Shown here: piece by piece, positions 45,143-63,875 of the stretch
Position numbering within the stretch: position 1 is the first letter of the stretch
Layout of the letters: the number at the start of each line of letters is the position of its first letter
DNA from: Eledone cirrhosa
Taxonomy: Eukaryota
NCBI GenBank assembly: GCA_964016885.1
Contig: OZ024755.1
Coordinates: 26,102,001 to 26,166,000 of the forward strand
Reading direction: 5' to 3'
DNA: 64,000 nt
Notes under the pieces: generated by a model
The model's input: the letters and a program-made list of their open reading frames with translations, nothing else
The model's database searches: none
Told to the model about the DNA's origin: nothing
Program-made: the position numbers and the translations under genes

Positions 45143-45745
45143 GGTGGCTGCCAACTCGTTTTCGAGTACGGCCACTACTTTACATCCATGTATGATAACC
45201 CCTACCGAAGCGCTGAACGAGTGTGACTTTTTAGTCCAGCCAGCGACTTGAAACCTCTGGTACAAACACTACACCTGTGACAATCATTGACACATAGTGC
45301 TAGGCCCATGGTAGGACAATTATTGACACATAGTGCTGGGCCCATGTGAGGACAAGTGCAGAGAGATCTCCAGATATAAAGCAATGCCTGTGCCGTGAAG
45401 CTTTTATAGTGAGCAAAGGCACTGCACAAAGCCAGTCCCACTCTCTTAACCAAGATGCTATTTACCAAAAAGAAGAACAAGTCAACATCATTGGATACCA
45501 TCAGGGTTGCAGGTGTTATATCAGAGTTTTCCTTCTCCTAGAATTCTGCCTTGACTAAGGCTAAAGGGGTCATCTCTCCCGGTGATTTTGGATGGCCATT
45601 GACTCTTAAGAGCTCCTTTGCCCTTTGACAGGTTTTGTTTTTAGTCCTGCAGGATGTCCAAAGTCACCCTCCTCACCAAGAAACCTTGGTGGGGTTGCCA
45701 GTTTAGTCGCCAACGACCCGACCATGAGACAGGTTGTACTGGGAT
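45143..45745 (-). mobile_element. Bipartite non-autonomous RTE-like element (5' UTR joined to 3' end)
   Basis: RTE-like 5' UTR block AGGAGAAGGAAAACTCTGA; terminal C2H2-like [19 protein letters not shown]; no RT; TA tracts on both sides. Confidence 0.65.
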
Positions 45746-45850
45746 ACATATACATATATACATATATATATACATATATACATACATATATACATATATA
45801 TATACATATATACATATATATATACATATATAAATATATATATATATATA

Positions 45851-45955
<105 letters not shown>

Positions 45956-45961
45956 GTATAT

Positions 45962-46129
<168 letters not shown>

Positions 46130-46130
46130 G

Positions 46131-46161
<31 letters not shown>

Positions 46162-46185
46162 GTATATATATATATATATATAAAC

Positions 46186-46223
<38 letters not shown>

Positions 46224-46224
46224 G

Positions 46225-46264
<40 letters not shown>

Positions 46265-46382
46265 AACGTATATATATATATATATATAAACGTATATATA
46301 TATATATATATATATATAAACGTATATATATATATATATATATATATAAACGTATATATATATATATATATATATATAAACG

Positions 46383-46413
<31 letters not shown>

Positions 46414-46414
46414 G

Positions 46415-46463
<49 letters not shown>

Positions 46464-46525
46464 ATATATATATATATATAAACGTATATATATATATATA
46501 TATGTATACATATATATATATATAC

Positions 46526-46626
<101 letters not shown>

Positions 46627-46678
46627 CATATATATATATATATTTATATATACCGTTAAAACATGTTTATTTAAAACA

Positions 46679-46718
46679 GCACCTACGTACGTTTCGCCCA
46701 GTTGGGGTTCTCAAGGGC
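46679..46718 (-). ncRNA. Hammerhead ribozyme motif, U3-A8 variant
   Basis: GCCC TTGAGAA CCCC-AACT-GGGC GAAA CGTACG TA GGTGC; C.C mismatch at the base of stem II. Confidence 0.6.
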
Positions 46719-46780
46719 ATAAATAATCACAGGTGTTCCTTATATTGCTCAGAAAGAGTTTTGGGGGTTAAATCCACATC

Positions 46781-46811
<31 letters not shown>

Positions 46812-46824
46812 CATATATATATAT

Positions 46825-47225
<401 letters not shown>

Positions 47226-47250
47226 TATATACATATATTTATATATATAG

Positions 47251-47313
<63 letters not shown>

Positions 47314-47343
47314 TTTATATATATATATATATATACATATATT

Positions 47344-47389
<46 letters not shown>

Positions 47390-47400
47390 TTTATATATAC

Positions 47401-47439
<39 letters not shown>

Positions 47440-47903
47440 CATATATTTATATATACATATATATATATATATACATATATATACATATATATACATACTT
47501 ATATATATACATATATATACATACTTATATATATATATATACATATATATACATATATATACATATATATATACATATATATATACATATATATATATAC
47601 ATATATATACATATATATATATACATATATATACATATATATATATACATATATATACATATATATATATACATATATATATATACATATATATATACAT
47701 ATATATACATATATATATATACATATATATACATACATATATATACATCATCATCATCATCATCATCACCGTTTTACGTCCGTTCTTCCACGCTAGCATG
47801 GGTTAGACGGGTTGTCCTGTTGTGGGCAGTGTCTGGTCGGCTGACCATGCCTTGCTCATACAGGAACTGATCTGGCTTGATTTCTATACATATATATATA
47901 TAC

Positions 47904-47954
<51 letters not shown>

Positions 47955-47994
47955 CATATATATACATATATATACATACATATATATACATATA

Positions 47995-50900
47995 TAACTT
48001 TGAATAACTTTGAAATGTTTTGGCCAGTATTGGCCCAGGCCATGTCTAACTTAATAGCACCACCTGGCGAAGTCTTTCAATTCAGGATTTGGGCACAATG
48101 GCCCATTCGAGAAGAGAATTACTGTTTGCGGAGACATATCCGGGTGTGGGTGGTTTGTCCGGGATTACTTGGAGGAATTTGTCCAAAGACTTCTTGAATT
48201 TTGTGTGGTCAGTTTCTGTTTTGACGTGTCCTGGTGTGATGTTGAAGAGAGCAGGGCCGATTGAGGTGAAATAATTGTGCCGTATTGTTGTTATGAGTTG
48301 CGATTTAGATTTTTGAATGGGACGGATAGCACGGGGCCCAAGCCTTGGGTGTATCTTGAAGGCGATGCCAACATCATTTGGGCAGTGATGATGGAACATT
48401 TTCCACATCATGCAGATAATATAACGCTCACGGCGACGTTGGAGTGAGTAAAGTTTCAGGTTTTCTAATCGACCCCAGTAGTCAAGGTCTGACATGCCAT
48501 CTATCTTTTTCGTGATTGCCCTTTGAGGAGCTTCAAGTTTCATGATACTTTGTTTCATGTGGGGAGACCACAGTGGACAACAGTATTCAAGGTGTGGTCG
48601 GGCGAAAGTAGAGAAGAGAAGGATAATGGTGCGGGAATCTCTCGACTGGAAGGTTCTGAGGATCCAGGAACACATTCTGCGGGCCATGTCAACTTTGCTG
48701 CTTATATGCGTGGTCCAGCTTATGTTGCTGTCCACGGTTACTCCCAAGTCTCTGATGTTGTTAGATGCCACGAGAGTTTCCCCGGAGGGAAGGGAGTACG
48801 GGAGTTTCAGAGCATCCTCTTTTCCAAAGTGGATCAGTTCGAATTTGTCTTCGTTCAGTAACATGTTGTTCTTTTCTGCCCATTGGGTAACAGCCAGTAG
48901 GTCTGACTGAAGGCTTATCCGGTCATCCACGCCATTGATGACCTTTTGGAGCTTGGAATCATCAGCGAAAATTTTAATGTTGCTGTGTTTGATGATGTCA
49001 GTGATGTCATTAATATAGATGATGAAGAGAAGTGGGCCCAACACAGTGCCTTGTGGGACCCCACTACTGACTTTGGCTGGGCTTGATTTGACTCCCTCAA
49101 CTACAACATGTTGGGTTCTGTTTGACAGGAAGCTCTTGATCCACTGCAGCAGCTTTCCAGTGACACCAATATTGGACAGCTTTCTCAGTAGAATGTTATG
49201 ATCAACCCTGTCAAAGGCCTTGCTGAAATCAAGGTAGATAACATCAGTGTTGGAACCCTCTCCCAAGGCTCTCAAAATGTCATCAAAGTGATGCAGTAGC
49301 TGCGTCAGGCAATCCCTTCCATTACGGAATCCATGCTGGTTGGAGTTCAGCATATTGTTACTCTCAAGGAAGTGGGTCATTCGCGATCTCACCACTCTCT
49401 CAAATACCTTAATGATATGAGAGGTGAGTGAGATTGGACGGTAATTCACGGCAAGGGATTTGTTTCCCTTTTTGAAAACTGGGACAACAGACTGGGATAG
49501 AAGGTTTTCTGGCACATATCCAGCATCCAGTGAGTTCCGCCACAGATTGGCAAGAGGAGATGCAAGTTGGTGTTGACACGCCTTCAAGACACAAGCAGCG
49601 AACCTATCGGGACCTACTGCTGAATTATGCTTGATTTCCTTTATTGCCGCCAAGACATCAGGGGCGCCAAACGTTATGTCCGATAAGGTGTAATGGGGAG
49701 TAACATCGCCGATACAGCCCAGATCGGCCATATCAGGATTGCTGAAAACAGCGCAGTATTGTTTCTGCAGTATCTCACCCATGGTTTTAGCATTGTCTTG
49801 AAGAGTGCCATTTTCATCAATTAGAGGGCCAACAGTAGAGCCAGTGATTTTGTGTTTTTTTGCAAATGAAAAGAACACTTTGGGATTGAGTTTGATCTTC
49901 TCAATGGCCCAGGCCTCTTCAGCTCTTCTCTGATTGTTGATGAGGGACATTATGTTGTTTTGGAGGTTATGTTTTTTAATCTCTAGTGATGAAATGGCAG
50001 TCAAGTTTGATGTGTTGCTGCTGACAGTATTTCAGCTTGTTGATTTTTTTGTTCGTTCTCTTAATTTTTCTGATGAGTGTTTTTCTATTTCTAGGGATTC
50101 TGCTCTTAGATTTGTTTATAGTTCTTAATGGGGTGTGTTTAGCACATATGTTTGTAACAGTGTCCACAAATGTCTGCCAGGACTTTTTGATGTTAGTGGG
50201 TGTATGAGTGTGCGTGAAGGACCAGTCGACATGTGCAAGATCATGACTGATCGCTTCCCAGTTTGCATTGTGGAAATCCATNNNNNNNNNNNNNNNNNNN
50301 NNNNNNNNNNNNNNNNNNNNNNNNNNNNNNNNNNNNNNNNNNNNNNNNNNNNNNNNNNNNNNNNNNNNNNNNNNNNNNNNNNNNNNNNNNNNNNNNNNNN
50401 NNNNNNNNNNNNNNNNNNNNNNNNNNNNNNNNNNNNNNNNNNNNNNNNNNNNNNNNNNNNNNNNNNNNNNNNNNNNNNNNNATCTCACCCATGGTTTTAG
50501 CATTGTCTTGAAGAGTGCCATTTTCATCAATTAGAGGGCCAACAGTAGAGCCAGTGATTTTGTGTTTTTTTGCAAATGAAAAGAACACTTTGGGATTGAG
50601 TTTGATCTTCTCAATGGCCCAGGCCTCTTCAGCTCTTCTCTGATTGTTGATGAGGGACATTATGTTGTTTTGGAGGTTATGTTTTTTAATCTCTAGTGAT
50701 GAAATGGCAGTCAAGTTGATGTGTTGCTGCTGACAGTATTTCAGCTTGTTGATTTTTTTGTTCGTTCTCTTAATTTTTCTGATGAGTGTTTTTCTATTTC
50801 TAGGGATTCTGCTCTTAGATTTGTTTATAGTTCTTAATGGGGTGTGTTTAGCACATATGTTTGTAACAGTGTCCACAAATGTCTGCCAGGACTTTTTGAT

Positions 50901-51135
50901 GTTAGTGGGTGTATGAGTGTGCGTGAAGGACCAGTCGACATGTGCAAGATCATGACTGATCGCTTCCCAGTTTGCATTGTGGAAATCCATAGCGTCAAAC
51001 GGATGGACAGGAGAGATGACATTGGGTTTGTATATTGGACGGTGGAATCTCAGATCACAGAGAACCATGTCATGATCAGAGAGTAGAGTTTTCTCCACTG
51101 CAATATTGTGGGATATTGTCAGTGTGATTGCTGAA
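47995..51135 (-). mobile_element. CR1-group LINE, 5'-truncated, with intact RT (ORF 48082-50004), spanning an assembly gap
   Basis: NYRPISLTS, QHGF, YLDFSKAFD, SGVPQGTVLGPLLF, FADD, RPHLEYC..WSP, YSLQRRRER; tail (TTCAAAGTTA)x2; TA tracts at both ends. Confidence 0.95.
50282..50481. other. Assembly gap (200 N)
   Basis: Seen directly. Confidence 0.99.
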
Positions 51136-51136
51136 A

Positions 51137-51419
<283 letters not shown>

Positions 51420-51424
51420 TATAC

Positions 51425-51481
<57 letters not shown>

Positions 51482-51486
51482 TATAC

Positions 51487-51527
<41 letters not shown>

Positions 51528-51542
51528 TATACATATATATAC

Positions 51543-51710
<168 letters not shown>

Positions 51711-51781
51711 ATATATAAATATATATATATATATACATACCTATATATAAATATATATATATATATACATACCTATATATA

Positions 51782-51847
<66 letters not shown>

Positions 51848-51905
51848 TATACATATATGTATATATATACATATACATATATATATACATATACATATAT
51901 ATACA

Positions 51906-51987
<82 letters not shown>

Positions 51988-52048
51988 TACATGTATATAT
52001 ATATATACATATATATACATATATACATGTATATATATATATATACAT

Positions 52049-52143
<95 letters not shown>

Positions 52144-52178
52144 TACATGTATATATATATATACATATACATATATAC

Positions 52179-52227
<49 letters not shown>

Positions 52228-52268
52228 CATATATACATGTATATATATATATACATATACATATATAC

Positions 52269-52341
<73 letters not shown>

Positions 52342-52372
52342 CATATATATATGTATACTTACATATATATAC

Positions 52373-52425
<53 letters not shown>

Positions 52426-52594
52426 CATATATATATGTGTGTATATATACACACACATATATATATACACACATATATACACATATATATATATATACAC
52501 ACATATATACACATATATATATATATATATACATATAAATATATATATATATACATATACATATAAATATATATATATATACATATATATATAA

Positions 52595-52627
<33 letters not shown>

Positions 52628-52631
52628 CAGT

Positions 52632-52855
52632 GAAGGCGTGTGGCTGAGTGGTTAGAGAATTGGATTCACAATCGTGAGGTTGTGAGTTCGATTCCTGAAC
52701 CAGGCGATGCGTTATGTCCTTGGGCAAGACACTTTATTTCACGTTGCTCCTTCTACCTGGAGTTGCGACCGATAGATAGTATTAGCAATTGGAAAGACCA
52801 ACGGAAACATAGTTTCCTCGGTCCGATTTGACGAAAGTCGATCGACTAGAAAAAA
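52632..52855 (+). mobile_element. tRNA-derived SINE
   Basis: A box TGGCTGAGTGG, B box GAGTTCGATTCC, TCCTTGGGCAAGACACTTTATTTCAC core; 3' part shared with 37838-37970 and 36480-36620 (minus). Confidence 0.88.
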
Positions 52856-52879
52856 ATATATATATACATATATATATAA

Positions 52880-52910
<31 letters not shown>

Positions 52911-52911
52911 C

Positions 52912-52968
<57 letters not shown>

Positions 52969-52969
52969 C

Positions 52970-53050
<81 letters not shown>

Positions 53051-53154
53051 CATATATATATATACATATATATATACATATACATATATATACATATATA
53101 TATATATATATACATATATATACATATATATATATATACATATATATATATACC

Positions 53155-53189
<35 letters not shown>

Positions 53190-53296
53190 GCATATATATA
53201 TATATATACATATATATATGTATATATATATGTATATATATATATATATATGATATATATATATACATATATATATATATACATATATATATATAC

Positions 53297-53359
<63 letters not shown>

Positions 53360-53360
53360 C

Positions 53361-53391
<31 letters not shown>

Positions 53392-53402
53392 CATATATAT
53401 AC

Positions 53403-53461
<59 letters not shown>

Positions 53462-53514
53462 GATATATATATATATATATACACATATATATATATACAT
53501 ATATATATATACAC

Positions 53515-53592
<78 letters not shown>

Positions 53593-53594
53593 GC

Positions 53595-54178
<584 letters not shown>

Positions 54179-54214
54179 CATATATATGTATATATGCATA
54201 TATATGTATATATG

Positions 54215-54322
<108 letters not shown>

Positions 54323-54369
54323 TGTATATATATAATATAAGATCAAAAGATGGTTAAAGGAGTTGCATG

Positions 54370-54440
54370 TATTTTATTATGCGCATTTCAAAAACAAACA
54401 TCATCATGCAATAATATTTGTGTTTTCATCAGATAAAACA
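54370..54440 (-). ncRNA. Type I hammerhead ribozyme, canonical core, long stem II
   Basis: TGTTTTAT CTGATGA AAACACAAATATTATT-GCAT-GATGATGTTTGTTTTT GAAA TGCGCA TA ATAAAATA. Confidence 0.8.
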
Positions 54441-54508
54441 GGAGAACATGATATGAAGGCTAAAAACACTTGTGGATAGTGCAGTTTTAAATCACCTCCT
54501 ACATTATG

Positions 54509-54723
<215 letters not shown>

Positions 54724-54744
54724 GTATATATATATATGTATATA

Positions 54745-54789
<45 letters not shown>

Positions 54790-54804
54790 GTATATATATA
54801 TATG

Positions 54805-54973
<169 letters not shown>

Positions 54974-55042
54974 ATATATATGTATATATATATATATATA
55001 TGTATATATATGTATATATATATATATGTATATATATATATG

Positions 55043-55111
<69 letters not shown>

Positions 55112-55122
55112 GTATATATATG

Positions 55123-55191
<69 letters not shown>

Positions 55192-55277
55192 TTATATATA
55201 TATATATTTATATATGTATATATATATATATTTATATATGTATATATATATATATATATATACATATATAATACATA

Positions 55278-55327
<50 letters not shown>

Positions 55328-55394
55328 TATATACATGTATATACATATATATATATGTATATACATATATATATATATATATACATGTATATAC

Positions 55395-55427
<33 letters not shown>

Positions 55428-55472
55428 CATATATATACATATATACATATATATACATATATACATATATAT

Positions 55473-55582
<110 letters not shown>

Positions 55583-55657
55583 GATATATATACATATATA
55601 TATACATATACATATATATACATTTATGTATATATATATATATATATACATATATAC

Positions 55658-55688
<31 letters not shown>

Positions 55689-55689
55689 C

Positions 55690-55744
<55 letters not shown>

Positions 55745-55752
55745 TATATGTA

Positions 55753-55804
<52 letters not shown>

Positions 55805-55812
55805 TATATGTA

Positions 55813-55943
<131 letters not shown>

Positions 55944-56028
55944 ATATATATGTATATAGAAAAAGAGATGAAATCGAAAATGCAACTGGAGTCTTATTTT
56001 TTTAAAAAATATATATATTTATTTGGTT

Positions 56029-56066
56029 CCTTTACCGGTTTCGCAGTTCTTCTGCTTTTCAAAAGG
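56029..56066 (-). ncRNA. Minimal type I hammerhead ribozyme, U3-A8 variant
   Basis: Exact reverse complement of 46894-46931. Confidence 0.75.
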
Positions 56067-56195
56067 TGAGTTGAGATGGAGGGTCTCTGGTTTTTCTCAC
56101 ATATGGTTGGTCTCTGAATGTTACTTGTTTTAATCACGTTTATTAAAAAAAAGCCTTCGTGAGCCACCTTTTTTTAAAGTAAAGAAATTCAAACA

Positions 56196-56283
<88 letters not shown>

Positions 56284-56790
56284 TAAACACACATATCTTT
56301 GCTTTCTTTATTCAATACAAAATCTGAATTCTGACACCCCAGCGAACTAACCATATTCACTGAACCAGAACAATTCTCCCATCCCTTTCTCTTGACCATT
56401 ATCTTTCACTTATCAAAAAATTCTCTAAAAAGGCTACAGAATGGATTTCCAAGTAAGGGCACAAAAATTTAATGAAAATTTGTTCACATGACAGCCATAA
56501 TTTCATTTATAACCAACCAAAAAAAAGCCTTCGTGAGCCTCCTTTTTTCAAGTAAAAAGAAATTCAAACACTCATATATGAAAAAACAACCTGTGACCTC
56601 CCCCCCCCCCCTCTTATTTGAAGAACTATTGTAACGCGAACAGGCGCGAAATTTATTAAAATTATTGACAAACCAATTGAATTACTTCTCGAAAAACCTA
56701 GCATTTCGAGCCACTTTTTCCATATAAAACAAGTAACATTCAGAGACCAACCAGATGTGAGAAAAACCACAGACCCTCCATCTCAACTCA

Positions 56791-56828
56791 CCTTTTGAAA
56801 AGCAGAAGAACTGCGAAACCGGTAAAGG
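56791..56828 (+). ncRNA. Minimal type I hammerhead ribozyme, U3-A8 variant
   Basis: Identical to 46894-46931. Confidence 0.75.
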
Positions 56829-57005
56829 AACCAAATAAATATATATATATTTTTTTTTAAATAAGACTCCAGTTGCATTTTCGATTTCATCCCTTTTTCT
56901 TTATACTTTCACTCGTGTAGGACACCTCGGTTATTTTTCATTTTGTAAAAAAAACCTCACTTTCTGATATATGTATATATATATATATATGTATATATGT
57001 ATATA

Positions 57006-57054
<49 letters not shown>

Positions 57055-57057
57055 ATA

Positions 57058-57196
<139 letters not shown>

Positions 57197-57197
57197 C

Positions 57198-57322
<125 letters not shown>

Positions 57323-57343
57323 CATATATATACATATATATAC

Positions 57344-57557
<214 letters not shown>

Positions 57558-57776
57558 TAGAAAGTGAGGCTTTTTTTACAAAATGAAAAATAACCGAGGT
57601 GTCCTACACGAGTGAAAGTATAAAGAAAAAGAGATGAAATCGAAAATGCAACTGGAGTCTTATTTTTTTTTTAAATATATATATTGTTTCTTCATCCACT
57701 CTCATCCCAGGAACAGTTTTGATAGCGCTAGTTTGTGATTTAAATTCGGGAATTTTATATTCTTTGAATGAAAAGA

Positions 57777-57860
57777 ACCTTCTGACGAGAATCTTTCTTT
57801 GCAACGAAGGCCGTATGGTCTCCGTTTTATTTTTGGGATTCGAAACCGATCGGTAAAGGT
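57777..57860 (+). ncRNA. Type I hammerhead ribozyme, canonical core, extended stem II
   Basis: ACCTT CTGACGA GAATCTT..AACGAAGGCC-GTAT-GGTCTCCGTT..GGGATTC GAAA CCGATCGG TA AAGGT; cleavage after GUA (57855). Confidence 0.85.
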
Positions 57861-58043
57861 AACTATAGTAGGTAAAGTCAATTTTTTAAAATTTATTTTG
57901 AAACTTTTTCATTATTTGCTAAACCTTGTTTATATCTGTTCTAGCTCGTTAATTTATTAACCCGCCATTGAACCATACTGGCATTTGGTTGGACAATACA
58001 TGCGTACCTTGGCGCCTTGTGCGTGAAGGAACGTATATCCTAT

Positions 58044-60918
<2,875 letters not shown>

Positions 60919-61499
60919 GAAAGAATAAAAAGCACGATTGATTATTCCTTCATTGCATTTATTGATAGGTGACGCGCGTTTCGCCACTGATCAGCTCAAG
61001 GTTCGATCCATATCGATCTTACGAATTGTATTCCGTTTATTTTGCCATAAATGAATAAAGAAAGTTTACATCTTATATACGAATTGTGTTCAGTTTATTT
61101 TGACAAAAATGAACAAAGAAATCAAGAGTCTACAAGAAACTGAGTAGAACGTAAGTGTATATAAAGTTTCTAAATAAATGTTTCTACTTTTGACACAAGG
61201 CCAGTGTTTTACTGGTACTTTATTTTATCGACCCCGTAAGGATGAAAGGCAAAGTTAACCTCGGCGGGATTTGAACTCAGATTGGAAAGTGCCGTAACTC
61301 TATGCGTCAAAGCATGGTGTCCGACCCTCTACCGATACTGAAATAAAGAAGCTAAGAATGTTTTTGAAAATCGGGGGTGGGGGGACTTCATGAAACGGTA
61401 CCCCATTTTTTAAATCAAGGGAGGTAACCGTTAAAAGTTTTTTGAATCAGGGAATGTAACTCTTTCTATGTATGAGTTGTCTCCCTTGAAGAGTGTTTA

Positions 61500-61680
61500 C
61501 GAAAGAAATTAAAAATCTGAGTAAAGTGTCTAAAAAGAAACTTAGAATCTAGATGAAGTGTCTGAAAATAAAGAAACTAAGAATCTAGATGAAGTGTCTA
61601 AAAAAAAAGAAACTAAGTATCTAGATGAAATGAAACTAAGAATCTAGATGAAATGTCTAAAAAGAAACTTAGAATAAGAT
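61500..61680 (+). repeat. ~30-bp tandem repeat AAAGAAACTAAGAATCTAGATGAAGTGTCT
   Basis: About five imperfect units. Confidence 0.8.
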
Positions 61681-62119
61681 GGTTCTCTTTCAAATAACCG
61701 GAAGTCAATTGAAAAAAAGAGTTAAATAAAGGGAGATAATTCTAACATTTTTTTAGCAAAAGGGGGTAAGACGGATTCTTCGTAGCCACGTGCACACCAC
61801 GACGATTCGAACTTGCGACACATAGTACGGAAACGACATATACATACGTAGCCGACTACGTCCGAGCCGCTGCGCGCATCGCCACGCCGAGCCGCAATTC
61901 TACTAAGTAAAATAGTCATACTTATAGGTAAAATTTATTTACTTTTTAAAAAAAAATAGAAACGGAAAGGGAGATAACACGTCTCAAAATATATTCCGTT
62001 TCTATATATAAAGTCATCTTGAACGTATATACGGAACAATTCTTATGGAAATAAATATACTTCTCTCAAGCTGGTAACATATATATTACCTCCGTTTAGA
62101 CGGCAGTCCAGCAACATTA

Positions 62120-62885
62120 TTGACTTGCTTCTTTCGCCCTCTTACCTGATACTGACCAGCTTTAGTTGGCCGTAGGACATCCTATGGGACGTATACGCTA
62201 AAACTGCTTCTTTGGCCATAGGAGATACTATGTGAAGTATATGCTTCTCTTGCCCTCTAAGCTTGTAGTGACTAGGGTTCAGCTGGCCGTAGGAAATACT
62301 ATGGGAAGTATGCATTCTAAAACTGCTTCTTTCAGCCTCTAACCTGACACTGACCAGAGATTATCGTACGAGGGTTTAGCTGGCTGTAGAGGTTCCTACG
62401 AGATGTTTACACCCTCTAAACAAGCACTGATCATGGTTTAGCTGGCCGTAGAGGATCCTACGAGAAGTATACGGCCTTAAACTGCTTATTTCACTATCTA
62501 GCCTGGCATTGACCAAGGTTTAGCTGGCCGTAGAGGATCGTACGAGATGTTTACGCCCTTAAAGTGCTTCAATCGCCCTCTCATATGGAATTCACCAACT
62601 GTGGAGGAGGGTGGTTTTAGTGACCAGGGTGTAGCTAGCTGTAGAGGATCCTACGAGATGTTTACGCCCTCTAAGTAGGCACTGATTATCGTTTAGCTGG
62701 CCGTAGAGGATCGTACGAGATGTTTACGCCTTTAAAGTGCTCATGTCGCTCTCCAACCTAGCATTGACCAAGAGGATCCTAAGAGAAGTAGCTGGTCGTA
62801 GAGGTTCCTACGAGAAGTATGTCGTTAAACTTCTTCAATCACCCTCTCACCTGGAATTGACCAACTATGGAGGAGGGTGGTTTTG
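62120..62885 (+). repeat. ~60-80-bp tandem repeat (GGTTTAGCTGGCCGTAGAGGATCCTACGAGA core)
   Basis: About nine imperfect units; reverse-orientation units at ~31010-31185 and ~24700-24890. Confidence 0.88.
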
Positions 62886-63634
62886 GTGTGCTATGTAGGT
62901 ATACTTCAATGGTTCTAACTGCTTACTAGGAGTGGCAGATTGACAATCAACTGCACACACATGTAAAGTGGAACAGACATAAGCAATGACAACATCATAT
63001 CTGTCTTTAACCTGGATTGCTTTGGAAACGTAAGATAATGTAGCATGATCAATCTATCACGTAACAATGAGCACCATTGAAATACAACACTACGTGGAGA
63101 TGTTGCAGTAGCTAAACAAAACTATCGTTTCAATAATTATTGCTGACGTTTATGGAAGGAAATAAACATAAAATAAAACTTTATTTTACCTCCTTATCAA
63201 TAGTGAAATCCAAGTTTTTAACGTTTTTCATTCGGGTTGGAAAAAAAAGAAATTATACCAGCGGCCATTTTGTTTTTGCGAAGCAGAACTAGGCCAATTA
63301 CACATGCGCAAAAAAGTAGACATCAGTGCGCATGCGAAAAGTATTTAAACCCATTGTGACTTCACGATCGTGAGTTCGATTCTTTTTAGATTGTATACTT
63401 CCCATTTTATATATAGTATATATATATTTATATTAATAATAAATAATTACTATATATATTAATACATACATTTATATTATATATATTGTATATATATATA
63501 TTTATATATATTATAAATATGTATATAATTGTATTTTAAAAAATATATGTATTTATACACATATATTTTATTAAATATATATAAATTATTTGCTTACTAG
63601 GAGCGGCAGATTGACAATCAACTGCACACACATC

Positions 63635-63875
63635 TCTGTTGCCTTTGTAGCAGTTGACGATGATACTGCTATGCCAGTCATTGGGTATGGCACGATTTTG
63701 TATCACTTGGTTTTCAATATGAGTGTCCCACCATCCTAGATGCTTTCAGCATCTCGGCAACTATCACCGAAGGTTCAGCTGCCTTGCCTGTCTTCATATC
63801 TTGATTGCCTTAATTACTATACTACTGCTGACTTCTACAGCCAGTCCCTCTGTTGAGTTTACTTGAGGAAAACTA
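63635..63875 (-). mobile_element. Degraded RTE LINE fragment
   Basis: DMKTGKAAEPSVIVAEMLKAS..NDWHSSIIVNCYKG, homologous to ~29295-29550. Confidence 0.8.

Larger units (their letters stand above)
55958..56965. mobile_element. Penelope-like deletion derivative: inverted copy (55958-56135, minus), spacer, direct copy (56725-56965, plus)
   Basis: Two hammerheads in opposite orientation; spacer has a duplicated AAAAAAAGCCTTCGTGAGCC block and (CA)n. Confidence 0.72.

Noticed and set aside
52632-52705. tRNA-like sequence with A and B boxes
   Set aside because: Runs directly into a SINE body and lacks a proper acceptor stem; a SINE head, not a tRNA gene.
62120-62885. Hairpin-containing repeats with variable intervening sequence, superficially CRISPR-like
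   Set aside because: The intervening sequences are homologous to each other, units are degenerate, the context is eukaryotic and no cas genes are present; it is a tandem repeat.
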